Shown here one piece after another: positions 58,579-64,000 of a stretch of DNA of 64,000 nt. The translations under genes and the position numbers were made by a program. Source of the DNA: an uncultured virus (IMG/VR IMGVR_UViG_3300035034_004488) (lineage: Duplodnaviria; Heunggongvirae; Uroviricota; Caudoviricetes); the IMG/VR virus record IMGVR_UViG_3300035034_004488; one strand, 5' to 3'. Within the stretch, counting starts at the first letter, position 1. The number at the start of each line of letters is the position of its first letter. The notes below the pieces were generated by a model. That model worked only from the letters and a program-made list of their open reading frames with translations. It was not told the origin of the DNA and did not search any database.

Positions 58579-58926
58579 TTAATCGTCCTGAGCCTCCCAA
58601 TACGCCTGATACCCATGCACATCGGACTCGAACGCGCGCGGCAGCTTGTGGTAGTCATCCCAGACGGCCCCCTGGAGCAGCGACGACATGTCATCCGCAT
58701 GAGACAGGCCGGTCCGCTCGTGTATGTCCCGGTACAGGTGCCACTTCCTCCACAGGCCCCACGTGTTGCGTATATGACGACCCACGGTGTGGTGGAACAT
58801 ACACAAGAACTCCTGTCGGTCGTCAAAGAACGTGTGAGGACGCGAGAGGTCCTCCAACAGGAGCTTGAGCAACTCCGAGACCCCTTGCTCAAAGGTCTTG
58901 GGTACACATAGAGCATTCAAAAGCAT
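58579..58926 (-). CDS. Hypothetical protein (DUF6794-like motif)
   Basis: HHTVGRHIRNTWGLW...HADDMS; family name is from memory. Confidence 0.55.
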   Translation of the reverse strand: MLLNALCVPKTFEQGVSELLKLLLEDLSRPHTFFDDRQEFLCMFHHTVGRHIRNTWGLWRKWHLYRDIHERTGLSHADDMSSLLQGAVWDDYHKLPRAFESDVHGYQAYWEAQDD

Positions 58927-59705
58927 CAAGGAACCTCGGGGGTTGGGACTTCCGGGATGTCAATGATCTGGAAGTCTGCATCATTGACCAGGGAGACGCA
59001 CCTCGCCTCGCACCCGTCCACAACAGCCGACCACTTCACGTGGTAATGCCCGAACAGCCAGCGATCCGGTCGGACGATCTCGAAGAGGTCATCCAGGAAG
59101 GGTCGATTCGGGTCGGGCCCGAGCTTGACAGCGGTGAACTGACGACCTGCTGCGATCACGGTGGACATGACGTCGAAGCGTGTGGGGCAGTCATGAGCCA
59201 CGACGGTGTGAATGTTCTCGGGCCCGTAGGCTTCCACCTGTGCCAGCACGTGCTCTTTGTCCGCCTCACTGAGGTTCTCTTGTGGGAACCAGTTGTGTCC
59301 GGGCGTGAGCCAAGGCTTGTTGACCGAACGACCGCCGCCTACGAACAGGATACCGTCGGTGATCGTGCCGCGCGGCTGATACTCCCAGGTCTGAAGGAAC
59401 GTCTCCCAGCCGGCCACCCAAGACGTCTCAGGAGGCACCCCAAAGTGCGCCTCCCGTTTCTCCAGGCGATCGAACTGCTCGTGGTTGCCGTCTACCCAAC
59501 GCGCCGGGTGATCAAACGTACGGCGCCAGGGTGGGTTGAGCCCTGGCCAGAACCCCAGGTCCCCCACCTGAATGATCTCATCCCACTCATACGGGCTCGC
59601 CTCCAACTGGTCGAGCAGGTAGTCCGCGTGGGCCCAACTGCCGTGCACGTCTCCCAGAAACAGAATCCGACTCATCAAGCTTTCCGTGGCTGTAGCCTTA
59701 AACAC
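58926..59705 (-). CDS. Calcineurin-like metallophosphoesterase
   Basis: GDVHG, VGDLG, DGNHE, AHDCP and FGHYH. Confidence 0.9.
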   Translation of the reverse strand: MFKATATESLMSRILFLGDVHGSWAHADYLLDQLEASPYEWDEIIQVGDLGFWPGLNPPWRRTFDHPARWVDGNHEQFDRLEKREAHFGVPPETSWVAGWETFLQTWEYQPRGTITDGILFVGGGRSVNKPWLTPGHNWFPQENLSEADKEHVLAQVEAYGPENIHTVVAHDCPTRFDVMSTVIAAGRQFTAVKLGPDPNRPFLDDLFEIVRPDRWLFGHYHVKWSAVVDGCEARCVSLVNDADFQIIDIPEVPTPEVP

Positions 59706-59765
59706 TATGAGGCCCCTCAGGGCCCGTCTGTGCGGTCTGAGGAGCCCCCAGACTACAGCAAGGGG

Positions 59766-60602
59766 TCAAGCCCGTCCAGCCACCTTGAGCGTCCTGTGCG
59801 GGCTGTACTTGACACCCTGGAGGTGGAAGTTGGCGACCAGATCTTCGTAGACCTTCTGGCCCATCTGGGCTCGGAGAACCTCCGCGTAGACTCGACAGAA
59901 GAGCCGACCGTGCCCGGCGTGGGGAGAGGGGATCAGGGCGTGCACCAGCTCGTGGAGCAAGATGCGCTCATTCTGATGCACGGGGAGGATTCGGATGAGC
60001 GCGGCATCTCCCTTTCCCCGGCAGTAGGACTTGCGAAACCCCTGAGTCCTCTCGACCTTCACGGTCAGTGGCCCGAATCGTCGTGTGAACCATTCGCTGG
60101 AGGTGACCTTGTTGAGATAGGCCTGACACTCCGCGACCGTGGCGAAGCTCTCGCCCTTGGAGACCCCATCCTCTGCCTTGTAGAGCTTCTGGCGCCGGGA
60201 GTCGACCTCCGCGCCCCACTTGTTGGTGGAGTGTCCGTCGAGGTAGTACATCGAATCTTTGATGTACTTGGGCGCATCCTTGAGGCTACAGGCCGCGACC
60301 ATCTCCTCTTGGGCCTTGAGAGCCTTCTGGTAGGTGCTCAGCTTCGGGGACCTTGGCGACTTCCGAGCGTGGACCGGGACGGGCTCCTGAAGCCTCGGTG
60401 AGGCCTCAACCGACTCGGAGTCGCTCTGCACCAAAGTCTTGGAGACGTTCCAGACCGTGCCCGCCTTTCGGGCCCGGTTCGTTCCCCTACTCTCGTCGGT
60501 CTTGACCTTGACCGTCTTGCGGTTGACCTTCACGATCACGCCGGCGGTCTTCTCCCCGTTCTGGCGACCGAAAAGGACGCGATCTCCGATACGAAATTCC
60601 AT
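59766..60602 (-). CDS. SH3-like N-terminal domain plus zincin (HExxH) metallopeptidase-like domain
   Basis: FRIGDRVLF...GVIVKVNRKTVKV and LLHELVH...HGRLF; cassette at 60616-60671. Confidence 0.75.
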   Translation of the reverse strand: MEFRIGDRVLFGRQNGEKTAGVIVKVNRKTVKVKTDESRGTNRARKAGTVWNVSKTLVQSDSESVEASPRLQEPVPVHARKSPRSPKLSTYQKALKAQEEMVAACSLKDAPKYIKDSMYYLDGHSTNKWGAEVDSRRQKLYKAEDGVSKGESFATVAECQAYLNKVTSSEWFTRRFGPLTVKVERTQGFRKSYCRGKGDAALIRILPVHQNERILLHELVHALIPSPHAGHGRLFCRVYAEVLRAQMGQKVYEDLVANFHLQGVKYSPHRTLKVAGRA

Positions 60603-60676
60603 TTCTCTCTCCCTCGTGTGGTGTGCTGTCTCTCACCACTCATATACCACAGGGACGGCAGAGCGTAAAAAGAATC

Positions 60677-61096
60677 TCACCCCTCTCCCGAGGTTACCGG
60701 CTCATCGGAGAGAATCTCCTCGGTGGAGATAACGACCTCGCGCGTCTGATGCTCCGTTGAGGTGGCTCGCGAGGCGTAGCTTTGCCCGAGTCCCGTGGAA
60801 GACATGAGACTGCCCTCCACGTAGCTCACGTCAGAGAAGAGGTCTTCAAGAGGGCCCATCACCTCCTGTATACGCGCAAGCAGCGCTGGCGTTTTGTTCT
60901 GAAGAGAGCGGCTGCTCCCCTTGAGGTTGAGGGCCCACAGCTCAAGTTGAAGCTCTCGGATGAGCAGGTGGAGGTCTTTGGCCGAAACCAAAAGCTCCTC
61001 GAAGTCCTGAGCCCGAACCTTGATACGACGATCTCCACCGCCCATCCGAAGACGGACCTCCTCAAGCATGACCTCATACCAATAGACGGGCTTCAT
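60677..61096 (-). CDS. Hypothetical protein
   Basis: 139 aa with GAGG RBS. Confidence 0.6.
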   Translation of the reverse strand: MKPVYWYEVMLEEVRLRMGGGDRRIKVRAQDFEELLVSAKDLHLLIRELQLELWALNLKGSSRSLQNKTPALLARIQEVMGPLEDLFSDVSYVEGSLMSSTGLGQSYASRATSTEHQTREVVISTEEILSDEPVTSGEG

Positions 61097-61111
61097 TGCA
61101 GTAGCCTCGGC

Positions 61112-61396
61112 TTAGCGCCGCAAGGGTATGGAGAGGCAGCCCCGGACGGCTCGCGCGCTCTCCGTGTTCGTGGTCGGATAGACCTCTCGAATGAGGGCGT
61201 GCAAGCCCTCGAACATCTCTTCCGAACCTGCCCTACGCGAATCCACGCGACCGTAGACCTCACCTCCCAGGTCCTCACGAAGGTTGAAGTGGGTCGCCAT
61301 TGTCGCCGGCTCCCACACTGAGTAGAACATGTTCGCGCTGATGCGCTCACACGTAACCACGCGACCTTCGAGCAACCTGCTTTGAACCGTCGTCAT
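61112..61396 (-). CDS. Hypothetical protein
   Basis: 94 aa with GAGG RBS and a promoter at 61463-61491. Confidence 0.6.
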   Translation of the reverse strand: MTTVQSRLLEGRVVTCERISANMFYSVWEPATMATHFNLREDLGGEVYGRVDSRRAGSEEMFEGLHALIREVYPTTNTESARAVRGCLSIPLRR

Positions 61397-61492
61397 CTTG
61401 ACCTCTCATGTCTGCACGTCTTGTAACGTCGGGCGCCTACTCACAGGCACCTGACATAAACACTGTACCACAACGAACTACAACCGTAAAAG

Positions 61493-62368
61493 TTAGTAGT
61501 GGTAGTTTACCAGCACGAGGACATCTTTCGGATCACCCTTGGACACGACCTCTCGGTAAAACCACTCGGACCACTGGCGATCCGACTCCACCCGCGCTTC
61601 CGAAGGGAAATTCGGAGTGGGCATCTCCACCCATCCGGTCTCAGGGCTCAGTACGCTGAACGGGCTGAACAGAAAGAAGTAGTCGTAGTCCGAACTCCGG
61701 GCCAGCAAGGGCGTAGGGTCCGCGAGCCACACAGGCTCAGGCACCGAGTCGCGCCGCTGTCTTGCCTGGACCATCTCCTTGAGGTTCTGCGGAGAGAGGT
61801 TCATGCGCTCAAGCGCGCGAGCGATCTCATACTCGGCGGGACTCTCCGTATTGAGGGCCCGGATAAAGTCGCTCTTCTCGGCCATGGCGGCGCGGTGCAT
61901 CGAGGCCACGTCAACCGTCTCGCGAGTGCAACAGTTCACCGGTGACGACGACAAGGGTATCCCACTGCGTGCCGGAGGGTTTCGACGGTGCAAGAGCTGT
62001 CCTCGAAGGTTCCAGCTATCCCACATGCCCTCTGGGTTGGTCCAGTAGCCCCACTCCCCCTCGTGGTAGGTCATGCCGTCGTGCGCCGCGAGGAAGTCTT
62101 TCGGAGTCGCGTCCTCCACTGCCATGTCTACGCCTGCAAAGCATTTCTTGGCGTAGGCAGAAGGCCCCGCCAGTTCCTTGGCCCCACGCTGAAGGCGCTC
62201 CTCCGAGGTCTCCACATGTTCCGGAATGAACGTCACGTGAGGGTTATCTCTGCTCCAGGACTCCTCGTAGGGCGCCAGAAGGGGCTTCAAGTGTTCCGCC
62301 AGGGTAGACGTCGACAGCTCCGAAGGGGCGTTCGCTGCGGGGATAGTGAGGATGAGATTAGAACGCAT
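61493..62368 (-). CDS. Phage hypothetical protein
   Basis: LAPYEE...WTNPEGMWDSW...VLVNYHY. Confidence 0.7.
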   Translation of the reverse strand: MRSNLILTIPAANAPSELSTSTLAEHLKPLLAPYEESWSRDNPHVTFIPEHVETSEERLQRGAKELAGPSAYAKKCFAGVDMAVEDATPKDFLAAHDGMTYHEGEWGYWTNPEGMWDSWNLRGQLLHRRNPPARSGIPLSSSPVNCCTRETVDVASMHRAAMAEKSDFIRALNTESPAEYEIARALERMNLSPQNLKEMVQARQRRDSVPEPVWLADPTPLLARSSDYDYFFLFSPFSVLSPETGWVEMPTPNFPSEARVESDRQWSEWFYREVVSKGDPKDVLVLVNYHY

Positions 62369-62377
62369 TGGAGGTCC

Positions 62378-62839
62378 TCAGAGAAGGTCGTTTTGGAACG
62401 GGTCTCGCGACGGGCCGGTCACGGCCACGTGAGGGCTGGAGTCGGTTAGATCCGTGGAGATCCGTGGAGGGAGGGCATGTGTGGTCGGCACCACCTCAAG
62501 CTCTTCCAAGGTACCCAGGAAATCTCTTTTGGCGGCTGGCGCTGCCGTCTCCGGGAAGAACTCCGGGTCGAGAGTGCACCCCAACCACCGCTCCAGGAAC
62601 CTCGCCGTCAGTATGACGTACTTTTTGCGGTCCAGGCATACGCTACGGCCTTCCGGAATGCGGATGCGCACGATGCCTTGCTGAGCCATCATGGCAGTCA
62701 CGACCCCGCTCACGATGATGGAACGTCCCGGCACACGGGCCCAAATCGTGTGCCCCAACGACAGGGTGGGGTCAGTGAGGTCGAGTTGGATTGGTCGGGA
62801 CGGGAGGTCTTTGAGGTACGGCGTCAAGTCGAGAGGCAT
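62378..62839 (-). CDS. Hypothetical protein
   Basis: 153 aa with a promoter-like copy at 62869-62897. Confidence 0.6.
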   Translation of the reverse strand: MPLDLTPYLKDLPSRPIQLDLTDPTLSLGHTIWARVPGRSIIVSGVVTAMMAQQGIVRIRIPEGRSVCLDRKKYVILTARFLERWLGCTLDPEFFPETAAPAAKRDFLGTLEELEVVPTTHALPPRISTDLTDSSPHVAVTGPSRDPFQNDLL

Positions 62840-62893
62840 TGGAGGGCTCCATTCGGGTATAGCTTCGACAGTACCACGACAAGCAGGTTGAAG

Positions 62894-63565
62894 TCAAGAG
62901 ACCTCGACGCTACGAATACGTAGGAAGCAGTTTTCGTTGAGGGAAGCCACAATAGACTGAATGTAAGCGAGTGCCTTGAGGTAGGTGTTCCAGTTGGTGC
63001 GTGTGTAGTGCAGGTAGGTCACAGGGCTTCCATCGGACTCCACCCCCATCATCACGGCGTGAACCTTCACGTCTTTGAAGTACGCGCCGAGGTCGGTCGT
63101 GCCCCGTGTCTCATTGCGCTTGAGCGGGCTTTTGTAGGAGTGCACGGCCGTGTGGGAGTCGCTCACCATCGTGGACCCTACAGAAGAGATCCTCAAGACA
63201 TCGCGGCCGCGCTTCGCGCCGATGTAGATGCAGAGCTGCTCGTGTATCTTGCCCAGCTCCTCGACCACAGCGCTCACGTCGACCTGATACCAGTCTTTGC
63301 CTTCCTCATACCCGAAGACCTCAGCCAGGGTTTGACCGACAGTCCTCTCAAGCAAGGCGTCGAGACCGTCGTGGTTGTAATCGCATGTCCAGCGGTTAGA
63401 AGAGACCCCACGGATCGGCACGCCTTCCCCTGAAACCTCCAGGGAGGTGAGGCCTGCCGGAGGGTCTTGAGCGAAGAACGAGTTCTTGGGCGAGGAGGGT
63501 GAGCTAGCTTCGATCTCGCAGGGGTTGGCTCCGCTGGAGATGAACGGTTGAAATATCATGCCCAT
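62894..63565 (-). CDS. Hypothetical protein
   Basis: Probable start MGMIFQP after an AAGGA RBS; promoter copy at 63631-63659. Confidence 0.6.
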   Translation of the reverse strand: MGMIFQPFISSGANPCEIEASSPSSPKNSFFAQDPPAGLTSLEVSGEGVPIRGVSSNRWTCDYNHDGLDALLERTVGQTLAEVFGYEEGKDWYQVDVSAVVEELGKIHEQLCIYIGAKRGRDVLRISSVGSTMVSDSHTAVHSYKSPLKRNETRGTTDLGAYFKDVKVHAVMMGVESDGSPVTYLHYTRTNWNTYLKALAYIQSIVASLNENCFLRIRSVEVS

Positions 63566-63661
63566 GGTCGATTTTCCTTGTGTTAGGATGCTTGAGGGGT
63601 TGACCCTTCCAGTCTGGGAGGGTTGCCCTTCATATACCACAAGCCTCAGGAGCCGTAGAAA

Positions 63662-63964
63662 ATGAATCAGGATCTAGTGGACCCGGTAAGCTACCACCTC
63701 CAGATCGTAGACAGTTTTTTCAATGCCCTCTGCACGCTGTATATCCTCCGAGCCGGCATACTGAACCACGCACGCCCGGAGGTCACCTTGCAGAGCCTCG
63801 ACGAGGTGATGGAACAGGCTCAGAAACAGCTCTCGCACGAGGCCTACCAACGGGTCGTCTACAAGATCGAACGCAACCTCACCCGCATGCTTCTGGGAGA
63901 GAGCAACCCCTTTTTCGAGGCGTTGGCGAACCAATACTTCGAGCGAAAGAACCTCCCGAACTAG
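63662..63964 (+). CDS. Hypothetical protein
   Basis: 100 aa with AGGAG RBS. Confidence 0.6.
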   Translation: MNQDLVDPVSYHLQIVDSFFNALCTLYILRAGILNHARPEVTLQSLDEVMEQAQKQLSHEAYQRVVYKIERNLTRMLLGESNPFFEALANQYFERKNLPN

Positions 63965-64000
63965 GACAAGGAGAGGTAGTTGCGCCACTCCCGGCCGCTC

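Noticed and set aside
1..64000. Alternative genetic code (stop-codon reassignment) to explain split genes
   Set aside because: Conserved genes are full length in code 11 and end in TGA, TAG or TAA. The splits are frame changes, not in-frame stops.

Overview
A GC-rich, gene-dense window that reads as part of a large (jumbo-type) dsDNA bacteriophage genome in genetic code 11. The host is not determinable; Myxococcota/Deltaproteobacteria is a weak inference. The left end holds the 3' part of a repeat-rich tail-fibre-like gene and probable virion genes. These are followed by a patatin, a metallophosphoesterase, a dNMP kinase, a degenerate Tpt1/KptA, a type IIA topoisomerase A subunit with a 412-aa LAGLIDADG intein after the catalytic Tyr, DHFR and ThyA. 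From about 17 kb onward the window is a large accessory region: short genes, three expanded paralog families, a divergent beta-clamp, an aspartate carbamoyltransferase and a DUF2958-like gene. Most notable observations: (1) About 25 copies of a sigma70-like promoter (TTTAC/TTGAC-N17/18 ending TTGTGG-TATAT), many with a conserved leader, including an inverted pair and an 18-bp direct repeat bracketing one gene, suggesting promoter-cassette gene shuffling. (2) A second motif (GDTAAT-N3-YTTRT) in front of a different gene class. (3) A shared IRLA/G-x-x-NPELR-x-x-L-x-P peptide tag on four unrelated proteins. (4) A Csx20-like candidate ring nuclease (anti-type III CRISPR). (5) An 11-bp tandem-repeat frameshift switch. 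(6) An uncalled 38-aa membrane peptide whose RBS is buried in a hairpin. Several single-base frameshifts may be sequencing errors. I saw no tRNA, rRNA, CRISPR array, integrase or reverse transcriptase. All family assignments come from motif recognition, not database searches.
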